Origin: an uncultured Nitrospinaceae bacterium | GTDB taxonomy: Bacteria > UBA8248 | Direction of reading: 5' to 3' | Assembly (NCBI GenBank): GCA_964005815.1 | Contig: CAXFSR010000009.1 | Coordinates: 32,001 to 96,000 of the forward strand | DNA: 64,000 nt | Shown here: one piece after another, positions 1-10,041 of the stretch | Layout: each line of letters opens with the position of its first letter | Position numbering within the stretch: position 1 is the first letter of the stretch | The notes under the pieces: model-generated | What the model was told of the DNA's origin: nothing | Databases searched by the model: none | Seen by the model: the letters and a program-made list of their open reading frames with translations, nothing else | Program-made: the position numbers and the translations under genes

Positions 1-387
1 TTTAGGGGAACCAAGAAGAGGGTCTTTTAGAGATTGAAAAGTATATTTTATATCTTCAGATGTTAATTCCTTGCCATTATGGAAGTATACATTCTCTTTA
101 ATTTTTATTGTATGTGAAAGTTGGTCCGTCTGTTCCCATTTCTCTGCTAGTACTAAAATAATTTTGCCGTCTTTGTCAAAAGAAAGTAAAGGACTAAAAA
201 GAAACCTTTGGATTTGATTAGAAACAGAATCTTGAGATAATCTTGGATCTAATTGTGTTGGATTTGAATCCAAAGCAACAATAATATGATCTGTTCTTGA
301 ATATTCTTTCTTTGAGCAGCCTAGAAGGATAAAAGGAATAATAATAACGAACAGTAAAACTTTAAAAGTACTTTTCAAGAATTCCAA
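1..387 (-). CDS. ABC transporter substrate-binding lipoprotein, peptide/nickel family 5 (N-terminal part; runs off window)
   Basis: Hand-translated minus frame from TTG at 387: signal peptide with lipobox LLGC, then IIVALDSNPTQLDPRLSQD, typical of family-5 binding proteins. Not in the ORF track. Confidence 0.8.
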   Translation of the reverse strand, partial: MEFLKSTFKVLLFVIIIPFILLGCSKKEYSRTDHIIVALDSNPTQLDPRLSQDSVSNQIQRFLFSPLLSFDKDGKIILVLAEKWEQTDQLSHTIKIKENVYFHNGKELTSEDIKYTFQSLKDPLLGSPK

Positions 388-533
388 TTAGGGGTCACTT
401 TTAAAATGGAAGGGCAGATAGAAACAACAATGAATTTGTCATATGTTATACTGAACGTCAATACGGTTATTTTGTAGACATTAGAGTGTTATTTAGGCTC
501 ATCATTGTAATCATTTAAGTTCTGGAGTTTTAG

Positions 534-1088
534 ATGGTTAAGGATAGTTTTTGTTTCAGGATTTCAAAAAATATTTTTTTGTTTTTCATCTTTTTATTTT
601 TCGTATTTTTTTACTCTGTTTTTCCAATTACAGGAGAGACAATTCCAGAAATACCTAAGATTGGTGAAAAAGCTCCTTTTTTTGAGTCTGGAGAATTTAA
701 TTCAAAAAATCTTTTAGAAAAAAAGAATCTAATAATCGTTTTTTATAGAGGACATTTTTGAGGTCATTGTCAAAAGCAACTTGTAGAGTTGCAACAGAAC
801 TTTAGTAAACTAAATAATGAAGATTCTAAGCTTATTGCTATAAGTACGGATGGGAATGATGAAAAAAAACAAACATTAGTTGAACTTGGAGTTAAGTTCC
901 TGCTCGTTTCTGATTTGCAAAGAAAAATAATCCGTTCTTTTGGTGTGCTTCATCCACAGGAAGGTATCTCTAGACCTGCTGTTTTTATAATAGATAAGAA
1001 AGGGTTAATAAGATATCGTAAGATAGGGATAGATTATACCGATAGACCCACTGTGAAATTATTGATACAGATTCTTGCTCTTTTGTAA
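534..1088 (+). CDS. Peroxiredoxin-like (AhpC/TSA family) putative selenoprotein, UxxC motif, N-terminal signal/TM segment
   Basis: ORFs 534-761 and 789-1088 share a frame and are separated only by TGA 759-761. Read-through gives FYRGHF-U-GHCQKQLVELQQ, the thioredoxin-fold active site. The C-terminal part has RPAVFIIDKKGLIRY. Confidence 0.88.
776..792 (+). promoter_or_regulatory. Putative bacterial SECIS hairpin
   Basis: GCAACT-TGTAG-AGTTGC: perfect 6-bp stem with a G-containing loop starting 20 nt after the in-frame TGA. Confidence 0.6.
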
Positions 1089-1109
1089 AATCAGGGAAGG
1101 AGGTCTAAC

Positions 1110-2720
1110 TTGTCCAGGTTTTTCCCCCTGAATTATTTTTCAGTTTTTTCTTGTCTTATTTTCTTTTTAATTTTTCATTTTTACTCCACTCCAGCATTTT
1201 CTAGCAAGAAGAATAAAATAAATTATAAAATACAGTCATTGTCGGTACTAAAAAAACTCTTGAAAAAGTCGATAAAAAGGAATTGTAGAAAGACTAAAAA
1301 TCTTGGATTCATAGTACAGTCTTTGACGGTAGGAGATACACTTTTTTCTCATTTTGCCCATAGGAAAAAGATCCCAGCTTCCAATATAAAGATTCTTACT
1401 TCAATAGCAAGTTTTTATCATCTAAGACCTGAGTATCATTTTGTTACAGATGTATATTCTGTCTCTCCTCTATCAAATGGAGTAGTTCGAGGTAATATTT
1501 TTCTAAAAGGTTACGGCGATCCAGTTTTTCTCCAAGAAAATATCAAAGAATTGGTGAACAAACTTAAATTGAAAGGGGTAAAAAAAATTGTTGGCGATAT
1601 TGTTGTAGATGAAAGTTTTTTTGATACAAAAAGATTTGGAACTGGTTGGAAAAAAAATAAAAATTTAAAAACTTATATGGTTCCTAGTGGTGCACTTTCT
1701 TTAAATTTCAACTCGGTTTTAATAAGTGTTGATCCTGAAAAAAGAAATAATCTAGATGCACCGAAAATTAGAATAGATCCATACACAGAAGTGATTAAAA
1801 TAAAATCTAAAATCAAAAGAGACAGATCCACTAAGAGAGCAAAATTAACTTTTCAAAAGGTTTTTTCTAAAAACAAAAAAGATATTTTCTTAATCAAAGG
1901 AAAAATTTCGCGTAAAGGAAAAATAATTAATAAGCGTTTACCCATAACGTATCCATCTTTTTATACAGCGGGAGTTTTTGTATCTTTACTTGAGAAGAAC
2001 TCAATTATTTTAAAAGGTAGAATTAAGATAGGTCGTACGCCAAAAAAGGCTAATTTGTTAGTTCGTCACAAATCAAAAAGTCTTTCTTCAATAATTAAAA
2101 CAATGAACAAGTGGAGTAATAATTTCGTTTCTGAACAGATTTTGAAAACTTTAGGAGCGGAATTATTTGGTTTGCCAGGCACTTCAAAAAAAGGTCTGAA
2201 AGCAATACAGAATTACCTTTTTTCTATAGGTCTTTCTAAGAAATCTTTTAAAATATTTGATGGTTCCGGCTTGAGTAGAATGAATAGAATTACACCTTAT
2301 GCAATGGTTAAAGTTTTAGAACATGCTTTTCATGACCATCGTTTTTCCTCTGATTTTATTTCTTCTCTTCCCATTTATGGTATTGACGGGACTTTGAGAA
2401 AAAGAAGGAGATTAGCGAAAGATGAATATAGAGTTAGGGCTAAAACAGGGTATCTAAATGGAGTCAGTTCTCTAAGTGGTTATATTTTTTCTAAGAATGG
2501 TGAAATCCTTGGTTTCTCTATTTTAATTAACGGGAATGGATGTAGAAGCAAAAGATTAGTTCGAGAGATAATGAGATATTTACAGTTGTTGGATAGGTCA
2601 CTTCATAAAAAAGGGAAGAGCATAGTTATCAATATAAAAAAAAGGAAGAAAATTTCGCGAGCGTTAATAAAAAATAATTTAAACAAATGGCATAAAACTT
2701 ATAAGCCAAGATTGTATTAA
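1110..2720 (+). CDS. dacB: D-alanyl-D-alanine carboxypeptidase/endopeptidase (PBP4, peptidase S13)
   Basis: PASNIK (SxxK), SNN, DGSGLSR and KTG motifs; signal peptide. Confidence 0.93.
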   Translation: MSRFFPLNYFSVFSCLIFFLIFHFYSTPAFSSKKNKINYKIQSLSVLKKLLKKSIKRNCRKTKNLGFIVQSLTVGDTLFSHFAHRKKIPASNIKILTSIASFYHLRPEYHFVTDVYSVSPLSNGVVRGNIFLKGYGDPVFLQENIKELVNKLKLKGVKKIVGDIVVDESFFDTKRFGTGWKKNKNLKTYMVPSGALSLNFNSVLISVDPEKRNNLDAPKIRIDPYTEVIKIKSKIKRDRSTKRAKLTFQKVFSKNKKDIFLIKGKISRKGKIINKRLPITYPSFYTAGVFVSLLEKNSIILKGRIKIGRTPKKANLLVRHKSKSLSSIIKTMNKWSNNFVSEQILKTLGAELFGLPGTSKKGLKAIQNYLFSIGLSKKSFKIFDGSGLSRMNRITPYAMVKVLEHAFHDHRFSSDFISSLPIYGIDGTLRKRRRLAKDEYRVRAKTGYLNGVSSLSGYIFSKNGEILGFSILINGNGCRSKRLVREIMRYLQLLDRSLHKKGKSIVINIKKRKKISRALIKNNLNKWHKTYKPRLY

Positions 2721-2745
2721 TACTTAATTTAAAAGAGAAAATAGA

Positions 2746-4545
2746 TTGAATAGGACTGAGATTCTGAGAAATAGTTCCGATAGTAAATGGACAATCCGCT
2801 ATGCAGATGAAGATAAGATTAATGAATTAACAAATGTTTTAAAAATTCCAAAGATTTTAGCTAAACTCCTAGTCTTGCGAAATATAATTGATACAAAAGA
2901 AGCAAAGAATTTTTTAAATACAACCATGGAAGATATGCATGATCCTTTCTTAATGAAGGGAATGGAAAAAGCTGTAAAACATATAGTAGGGAATATTCTA
3001 GATAAAAAGCCTATCGGGATTTATGGTGATTTTGATGTTGACGGAATAGCATCTACTACACTTTTATTTTCATTTTTCACTTCCTTGGGAGTTGAGTCTC
3101 ATTATTATATTCCTAGTCGTTTTGAAGAAGGATATGGTTTGTTCATGAAAGGCATTAAAGAACTTTCTTCAAAACAATGCAGTACTATTATTACTGTTGA
3201 CTGTGGAATTAGTGCACATGAAGTTGCAGAAGAGGCTGGTAAAATTGGAGTTAATCTAATTATTACAGATCATCATAGGCCTTCTGCGAAACTTCCAAAT
3301 TGTTATTCTGTTATTTCTCCTGCACAAAAAGAATGCCCATATCCTTTCAAGGGATTAAGTGGTGTCGGAATTGCATTTAAATTAGCTGTAGCAATTAGAA
3401 GGAGATTATATGAATTTGCTTCTTTGAAGAATTTACCTAATTTAAAAAACTTTCTAGATCTTGTAGCTCTAGGAACTGTAGCTGATTTGGTTCCCCTAGT
3501 AGATGAAAACAGATTTTTTGTTAAGACTGGTCTAGAATTACTTTCCTGCGAGGATTCTCATAAGAGCAATTCATTGAAAGATCCTCGGAGAATTGGCATA
3601 AAAGCATTGCAAGCCGCAGCTAATTTAAAATCAAGTGTTATCTCACCAAGAGACATCTCTTTTTCAATGGCGCCAAGAATAAATTCTACTGGTAGAGTCG
3701 GTAATGCTAAAGCAGCAGTAGAATTACTTGTTTGTGATGATCAATCTAAAGCTAGGTCTCAAGCGGAAAAGATCGAAGAGTGGAATCGTCAAAGAAGGGA
3801 ACATCAAGATCGAGCTATTGAGGATGCATTTTCTCAGGTTGAATGTTCTGACCCAACCTCTGTCGAATATGGAATAGTTTTATCAAGCGAGAAATGGCAT
3901 CCTGGTGTTATAGGCATTGTCGCATCGAATATTGTAGAAAGATATGAGAAACCAACTGCAATAATTCATATTGAGGATTTGAAAGGAAAAGGTTCAGTAA
4001 GAAGCATAGAAGGGATTGATGTTTATAATATTCTTGAGCAGTGTTCAAGCTCATTAATTCAGTTTGGTGGGCATAAGGGCGCAGCTGGGTTGACGATAAA
4101 ATCAGAGAAAATCGATTTATTTCGGAGTTTATTTAATAATGCTTTGAAGAATTTAAGACTATCTGAAAGTGAAGAATCGATTTTTTGGGTTGATGAAAAA
4201 GTTGATCTAACGGAAATAAATGATTTTTTTGTAGAAGAAATTGAAAGATTATCACCTTATGGGACAGAGAACGAAAAGCCTATTTTTGTGAGTGGTCCTC
4301 TTTCTATAATTGGCTCTCCCATCTTGGTTGGATCTAAAAAAGAACATTTAAAATTGGATTTTCAGGTTGGCGATGAAAGGATTAACTCTATAGGTTTTGG
4401 ATTAGGGTTTTTATCTCAAGAGTTCGATATGGAGAAAGAAAAGATAGAAATTGCATTTTCCGTTGGTTTTAATAAATGGAGAGGAAGAAAAAAAATACAA
4501 CTTGACCTGCTTGCAATTCGACCATTTAGATCATTCAGTTCTTAA
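2746..4545 (+). CDS. recJ: Single-stranded-DNA-specific exonuclease RecJ
   Basis: GDFDVDG, ITVDCG, TDHH, GTVAD and GGHKGAAG DHH-family motifs. Confidence 0.96.
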   Translation: MNRTEILRNSSDSKWTIRYADEDKINELTNVLKIPKILAKLLVLRNIIDTKEAKNFLNTTMEDMHDPFLMKGMEKAVKHIVGNILDKKPIGIYGDFDVDGIASTTLLFSFFTSLGVESHYYIPSRFEEGYGLFMKGIKELSSKQCSTIITVDCGISAHEVAEEAGKIGVNLIITDHHRPSAKLPNCYSVISPAQKECPYPFKGLSGVGIAFKLAVAIRRRLYEFASLKNLPNLKNFLDLVALGTVADLVPLVDENRFFVKTGLELLSCEDSHKSNSLKDPRRIGIKALQAAANLKSSVISPRDISFSMAPRINSTGRVGNAKAAVELLVCDDQSKARSQAEKIEEWNRQRREHQDRAIEDAFSQVECSDPTSVEYGIVLSSEKWHPGVIGIVASNIVERYEKPTAIIHIEDLKGKGSVRSIEGIDVYNILEQCSSSLIQFGGHKGAAGLTIKSEKIDLFRSLFNNALKNLRLSESEESIFWVDEKVDLTEINDFFVEEIERLSPYGTENEKPIFVSGPLSIIGSPILVGSKKEHLKLDFQVGDERINSIGFGLGFLSQEFDMEKEKIEIAFSVGFNKWRGRKKIQLDLLAIRPFRSFSS

Positions 4546-5668
4546 GAGTATTAAATGAGGTTCTGTCGTCTGGTTTCATTGAAAAGGCTTGAAGATCTTT
4601 TAAATCTATTCCTTTTGTAAGGAGCATGACTTTTATTCCACTTCCTAATCCAGTTGGATCCAGTATTCCCATGACTCCTTTATCATTTATGTTAGGTTCA
4701 GATTTACTCTCTTTTTCAATTAGATCAGTTATCCCGCCTCCTATGCAAAAATGGGACTGATCTGTAAATCCATTTAGGGTAAAACCTAATTTTTCTGCAT
4801 TTTTAACTATAAATGAAAAATTTACATCAGCAGTAATGTCTGATTTTCCAACATTTTCTAGAGAGACTTCTGAGACCATATGTTTCCTGAAACTCCTTGC
4901 AGTACCATGAAATCTTGTTTTGTCGAATATAACTTGATTTGAAAAACCGTAATCAAAAATCAAAACTGCTCCTTTCTTTAATTTTTTAGAAATAAGTTCG
5001 AGCCAAACTTTAGTGTCTAGAGCAATTTCGAATGTTTGTCCTACTTCAATATATTTGTCTATTTCTTTTATGTGTTCGTTAAGTTCTGATTTGGAAAGAG
5101 GACCGAGTTGATATTTTAATTTATTTGATTCTAGAACAATATATTTTTCTTTATATCCTCTATCTGTTTTCTGTAAAATATGAAAGGGAATGGCATCAAG
5201 AAATTCATGGGCTAAGATCACTCCTTCAAAAGAATCTGGGAGATTTTCTGAAAATGATATTTTTTCTTTGAATTTAGACAATAAATCTCTACTTTTTTTC
5301 GCAAGATGAGTACTCTTTTCAATTAAAATATAGTCAAGGTATTCGTTATTCTTTATAAGGGATTCTAGAATGTCATATGCTAAAAAACCTTCCCCAGGAC
5401 CGTATTCTACAATTTTAAAATTAACTGGGTTCATCATTTTATTGAAAATAATTTTAATCTGTTTCGCTATAACTGAACCAAGCCACTTTCCATAGTAATG
5501 GCTGGTAATGAATGCTCCATCTTTCCCGAATTGATTTTCGATATTGGAATAAAATCCACCTTGAGGGTTATACAAAGCTATTTCCATAAAATCATAGAAT
5601 GACAAAGATCCTGAATTTAGTTTTTTCAAGATTTTTTCATTAATGTCTGGATCGTTTGAAATTTTCAT
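4535..5668 (-). CDS. SAM-dependent methyltransferase, MidA/NDUFAF7 family
   Basis: FMEIALY..GFY, EYGPGEG, HEFLDAIP, DYG and DITADVNF motifs. Confidence 0.85.
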   Translation of the reverse strand: MKISNDPDINEKILKKLNSGSLSFYDFMEIALYNPQGGFYSNIENQFGKDGAFITSHYYGKWLGSVIAKQIKIIFNKMMNPVNFKIVEYGPGEGFLAYDILESLIKNNEYLDYILIEKSTHLAKKSRDLLSKFKEKISFSENLPDSFEGVILAHEFLDAIPFHILQKTDRGYKEKYIVLESNKLKYQLGPLSKSELNEHIKEIDKYIEVGQTFEIALDTKVWLELISKKLKKGAVLIFDYGFSNQVIFDKTRFHGTARSFRKHMVSEVSLENVGKSDITADVNFSFIVKNAEKLGFTLNGFTDQSHFCIGGGITDLIEKESKSEPNINDKGVMGILDPTGLGSGIKVMLLTKGIDLKDLQAFSMKPDDRTSFNTLKN

Positions 5669-5753
5669 TCTTTAATTATACAGGAATATACTTTTATATG
5701 TATTTGTTGTGTTAAAATGAATCAATCTTATTTTGATTAAAATGGAGATACAA

Positions 5754-6002
5754 ATGTTGGTTAAGGTGAAATGTTTTGCATGGGCCTACGAAGTTACAGG
5801 TTCAGAAGAGATAGAGATAGAAATAAAAGATTCGGCAAAAGTATCTGATCTAAGAGAGTGTCTTTCGCAGAAGTATCCTCAATTTTCTGGTCGTATGGAA
5901 TCTATTGCTGTTTCAATAAACCAAGAATTTGCGGGAGAAGGGTCTGCAATTTCTGTTTCTGATGAAATAGCGCTTATTCCTCCTATTAGTGGAGGTATCT
6001 AG
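5754..6002 (+). CDS. moaD: Molybdopterin synthase sulfur carrier subunit (ends GG plus an extra Ile)
   Basis: Ubiquitin-like fold with AVSINQEF and DEIALIPPISGG. ATG at 5754 follows GGAG. Confidence 0.9.
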   Translation: MLVKVKCFAWAYEVTGSEEIEIEIKDSAKVSDLRECLSQKYPQFSGRMESIAVSINQEFAGEGSAISVSDEIALIPPISGGI

Positions 6003-6443
6003 ATGATATGTAAAATTGTTGATGCCCCAATAGAAGTAGAAAAATTGATAGGCACTTTTGAATCTGAATCACTTGGTGCTATCTGTTCATTCACGGGTAT
6101 GGTTAGGAGTGAGAGTCGTGGTCAAAAAGTTACTCACTTGGAGTACCATACATATAAGGAAATGGCTGAAAAGAAACTTTTGCAAGTTATTAGTGAAGCA
6201 AAAGAAAGGTTTAAAATTTCTGATTTGTTAATTATCCATCGAATTGGAACGTTGCAAATTGGAGAAGTTGCTGTGTTTATCTTAGCAGCTTCTGCACATA
6301 GAGATGCTGCATTTAAAGCATGTAGATTTTCAATAGATCGCATTAAACAAATAGTTCCTATTTGGAAAAAGGAATTTGGAGAAGATGGCGCTGTTTGGAT
6401 AGAAGATTGTCCTATTGACGCGAATGAAAACAAGAGAGTTTAG
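6003..6443 (+). CDS. moaE: Molybdopterin synthase catalytic subunit
   Basis: GAICSFTGMVR, HRIG, HRDAAF and VPIWKKE motifs. Confidence 0.94.
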   Translation: MICKIVDAPIEVEKLIGTFESESLGAICSFTGMVRSESRGQKVTHLEYHTYKEMAEKKLLQVISEAKERFKISDLLIIHRIGTLQIGEVAVFILAASAHRDAAFKACRFSIDRIKQIVPIWKKEFGEDGAVWIEDCPIDANENKRV

Positions 6444-6511
6444 AAAATAAATCAGAAAAATGAAGAGTTTTTTTTTCGGTTTTAAAGAAAATAATTTTTT
6501 TAGATTTAATA

Positions 6512-7243
6512 ATGAATAAAAATAGTTTGCTTGAAATCAAAACAATTAGTGCCTCTTATCCGGGTGGGATGCAAGTTCTCAATAGTGTTTCAATTCAAGC
6601 TTTAGAGGGAGAAATTGTTTCAGTTATTGGTTCTAACGGTGCAGGGAAATCTTCGACACTTAAATCGGTTATGGGTTTCTTGAATGTCACCAAAGGTGAA
6701 ATTCTTTTTAAGGGAAAAAGTTTGAAAGGGTTAAGGCCTGAACAAATTTTATCTGCTGGACTTGGTTACGTTCCCCAGGGAAGGGTAGTTTTTGAAAAAA
6801 TGACAGTAAAGGAGAATTTAGAATTAGGTGCTTTTATATTTCAAGATTCAAGAAAAATTGCAGAATCTATGTCTAACGTTTTTTCAATTTTCCCTCTATT
6901 AGAAGAAAGACAGGAACAATTTGCAGGAACTATGAGTGGCGGAGAACAACAGATGCTTGCAGTTGGAAGGTCTTTAATGACAAATCCAAATATTTTGATG
7001 TTGGATGAACCTTCACTTGGATTAAGTCCAAAATATGTATCAGAGATTTTTGAAAAAATAATAGAACTGTCAAATCAGGGTTTTACAATTATTCTAGTTG
7101 AACAAAATGTTACACAAGCTCTAGAAATATGTGATCGTGGATATCTTCTAGAACTTGGAAGAAATAAAATAGAGGGTACCCGAGATCAGCTTATTTCCAG
7201 CCACGAAGTCCACAATATGTTTTTAGGAGGGGGTAATTCTTAA
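6512..7243 (+). CDS. Branched-chain amino acid ABC transporter ATP-binding protein (LivF-like)
   Basis: GSNGAGKS Walker A, MSGGEQQM, LDEPSLGLSP and LVEQN. Confidence 0.88.
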   Translation: MNKNSLLEIKTISASYPGGMQVLNSVSIQALEGEIVSVIGSNGAGKSSTLKSVMGFLNVTKGEILFKGKSLKGLRPEQILSAGLGYVPQGRVVFEKMTVKENLELGAFIFQDSRKIAESMSNVFSIFPLLEERQEQFAGTMSGGEQQMLAVGRSLMTNPNILMLDEPSLGLSPKYVSEIFEKIIELSNQGFTIILVEQNVTQALEICDRGYLLELGRNKIEGTRDQLISSHEVHNMFLGGGNS

Positions 7244-7333
7244 GTTATTAGGTTTTTTCTATCCCTTTAAAAAACGGTATGGTATAAATTCTATGATTTG
7301 TTTGATCTTTATTTTTATTGAAGGATAAGTAGG

Positions 7334-7972
7334 ATGGTTCAAGTGAAAATATGTGGAATAACAAATGTAGAAGATGCTGAAATAGCTATAAATTTTGGAG
7401 CAGATGCTCTCGGATTTAATTTTGTTCCGGGAACACCTAGATTTCTCGAAGATCAGTATGCTAAACAGATAATGTCTTCTTTGTCGTTTTTTGACGAAAA
7501 AATTGGTGTTTTTGCTGATGAGGAAAGAAACAAAGTGGAAAAAATATCATCTGAACTAGAATTAAAGACAATTCAATTGCATGGAAATGAGACTCCACAA
7601 GACTGTAATTATTTTGTTGAAAGAGGGTTCCGTGTAATTCGCGCTATTAGAGTAAAAGATTCAAGTACCATTAACCATGTCTCAGAATATGAAAATTGTA
7701 TTATACTTTTAGACTCTTTTGTTAAGGGAAAGTTAGGTGGTACTGGGAAGAAATTTAATTGGTCATTAGTAAAAGATTTTACTGCAAGAAAATCGATTAT
7801 CCTTTCTGGAGGGTTAAATCCATCGAATGTAGAGGAAGCCTTAAAAGAAGTTTCTCCTTTTGGGGTTGACGTTTGTAGTGGAGTTGAAAGAAATAATCCA
7901 AGAAAAAAAGATTCTGAATTAGTCAAAAAATTTATAGTTAATGCAAAAAGCGTATTAAATATAGGACAATAA
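7334..7972 (+). CDS. trpF: Phosphoribosylanthranilate isomerase
   Basis: [22 protein letters not shown] and GVDVCSGVE; directly upstream of trpB. Confidence 0.96.
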   Translation: MVQVKICGITNVEDAEIAINFGADALGFNFVPGTPRFLEDQYAKQIMSSLSFFDEKIGVFADEERNKVEKISSELELKTIQLHGNETPQDCNYFVERGFRVIRAIRVKDSSTINHVSEYENCIILLDSFVKGKLGGTGKKFNWSLVKDFTARKSIILSGGLNPSNVEEALKEVSPFGVDVCSGVERNNPRKKDSELVKKFIVNAKSVLNIGQ

Positions 7973-7974
7973 TT

Positions 7975-9183
7975 ATGCCAACAAATGAAAAATTGATTCC
8001 AAAAGGTCGTTTTGGAAGGTTTGGTGGGAGGTTTGTCCCAGAAACTCTCATGCCTGCTTTAGAAGAGTTGGAATTCGCCTACGAAGATGCAAAAAAAGAT
8101 CCTTTGTTTCAAGTAGAACTTGATGGATTGTTAAGGGATTTCGTAGGTCGGCCGACTCCATTATATTTTGCAGAAAGACTTTCTTCTGAATTGAAGAATT
8201 TGAAAGTGTATTTAAAAAGAGAAGATCTATGCCACACTGGTGCGCACAAAATAAACAATACTATGGCACAAGTGATCTTAGCAAAAAGATTAGGGAAAAA
8301 ACGTATTATCGCAGAGACAGGTGCAGGTCAGCATGGAGTTGCTACTGCTACTGCTGCGGCAAGATATGGCTTGGAATGTAGTATATACATGGGAGAGGAA
8401 GATATAGAAAGACAGGAGTTAAATGTTTTTCGTATGCAACTTCTTGGAGCAACTGTTATTCCAGTTAAGTCTGGAAGTGGAACTTTGAAAGATGCGACAA
8501 ATGAAACTCTTCGTGACTGGACTGCATCAGTTAGAACAACGCATTATATAATTGGCTCTGTTGTGGGTCCTCATCCTTTTCCTGAGATGATTCGTGACTT
8601 TCAAGCGGTCATTGGAAGAGAAACTCGTAAACAGATTTTAGAAATTGAGGGAAGATTGCCCGATTCGTGTGTTGCATGTGTTGGAGGCGGAAGTAATGCA
8701 ATCGGTTTGTTTTATCCCTTTTTAGAAGATAAAGATGTAGAACTAGTGGGCGTAGAGGCAGGAGGAAGGGGATTAGAATCTGGAGAACATGGTGCTTCTC
8801 TAGCTGCTGGAAGAATAGGAGTTCTTCATGGTTGTGAGACTTTTCTTCTCTATGATGAAGATGGACAAATTATTCCTGCTCATTCTGTTTCTGCAGGATT
8901 AGATTATCCTGGCGTTGGCCCTGAACATTCATTTTTAAAAGATTCAGAAAGAGCACGTTATTTTACTGTTGAAGATACTAGAGCACTCGAAGCTTTTCGA
9001 AGATTGTCAATTTTAGAGGGAATTATTCCCGCTTTTGAAAGTGCACATGCTATTGCTATTTTAGATGAATTAGCGGATGAAGTTTCTTCGAATAGTTTTG
9101 AAAAAATAATAGTTGTAAACCTGTCTGGGCGCGGAGATAAAGACGTTTATCAGGCAAGAGGTTTATTGAAAGATCTAATTTGA
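7975..9183 (+). CDS. trpB: Tryptophan synthase beta chain
   Basis: [12 protein letters not shown] lysine, AETGAGQHG and [13 protein letters not shown]. Confidence 0.98.
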   Translation: MPTNEKLIPKGRFGRFGGRFVPETLMPALEELEFAYEDAKKDPLFQVELDGLLRDFVGRPTPLYFAERLSSELKNLKVYLKREDLCHTGAHKINNTMAQVILAKRLGKKRIIAETGAGQHGVATATAAARYGLECSIYMGEEDIERQELNVFRMQLLGATVIPVKSGSGTLKDATNETLRDWTASVRTTHYIIGSVVGPHPFPEMIRDFQAVIGRETRKQILEIEGRLPDSCVACVGGGSNAIGLFYPFLEDKDVELVGVEAGGRGLESGEHGASLAAGRIGVLHGCETFLLYDEDGQIIPAHSVSAGLDYPGVGPEHSFLKDSERARYFTVEDTRALEAFRRLSILEGIIPAFESAHAIAILDELADEVSSNSFEKIIVVNLSGRGDKDVYQARGLLKDLI

Positions 9184-9202
9184 TTCTAAAGGGAGTTTAA
9201 AG

Positions 9203-10039
9203 TTGCTTTCTTCAGGAAGAATAGAATCATGTATGTCTCAGTTGAGAGAAAACAATAGATCTGGTTTGTTCCCTTTTGTGACTGCAGGAGATCCAGATTT
9301 AAGTTTTACTAAATCTTTAATTAAATCTTTAGCTTCTTCGGGTGCAGATGGAATCGAAATTGGAGTCCCATTTAGTGATCCACTTGCAGATGGACCAACA
9401 ATTCAGAGAGCAAGCATGAGAGCATTAGAAGGAGGTACGAATCTCAAGTCAGTAATAAAAATGATTTCGGAAATTAGAGAAGATTTGAAAAATTTACCTC
9501 TTGTTATTATGACTTATTATAATCCGATTGTAGCCATGGGAATAGATGTTTTTGTTAAGGAATGTTCCTTGGCGGGTGTAGACGCAGTTATCGTTCCGGA
9601 TTTGCCACCTGAGGAAAGTATGCTTCTACTAAAATCTATGGAAGAATATCCTTTAGAACTTGTTTTCATGTTGGCACCTACGAGTACAGAAGAAAGAATA
9701 TCTCTAGTTAATAAGTTCGGTGGTGGCTTTATATACTACGTTGCCCAGATGGGAGTCACCGGTGCAAGAGAGTCTTTAGACAAAGATCTCAATGTTTCTC
9801 TTGAAAAAATTAATGAAGAAAAAAAAATGCCTGTTCTAGTCGGTTTTGGAATAAAAACTCCAGAACAAGCAGCTAAAGTGTCTCAATATGCAGAAGGTAT
9901 TATAGTGGGAAGTGCTCTAATTGATGTGATTGAACAAAATTCTCAAAGAGAGGATAAATTAGAAGCGGCAGCCAAATATATAGCGTCACTTAAAGAAGCT
10001 ATGGAGAATTCTTCTTCGGAAGAAAATAAAAGAGGTTAG
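9203..10039 (+). CDS. trpA: Tryptophan synthase alpha chain
   Basis: [21 protein letters not shown] and VGFGI. Confidence 0.98.
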   Translation: MLSSGRIESCMSQLRENNRSGLFPFVTAGDPDLSFTKSLIKSLASSGADGIEIGVPFSDPLADGPTIQRASMRALEGGTNLKSVIKMISEIREDLKNLPLVIMTYYNPIVAMGIDVFVKECSLAGVDAVIVPDLPPEESMLLLKSMEEYPLELVFMLAPTSTEERISLVNKFGGGFIYYVAQMGVTGARESLDKDLNVSLEKINEEKKMPVLVGFGIKTPEQAAKVSQYAEGIIVGSALIDVIEQNSQREDKLEAAAKYIASLKEAMENSSSEENKRG

Positions 10040-10041
10040 AC

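Noticed and set aside
6000..6002. Pyrrolysine read-through of the TAG between moaD and moaE
   Set aside because: No pyl genes in the window, the position is a linker rather than a catalytic site, and moaE has its own SD and ATG.
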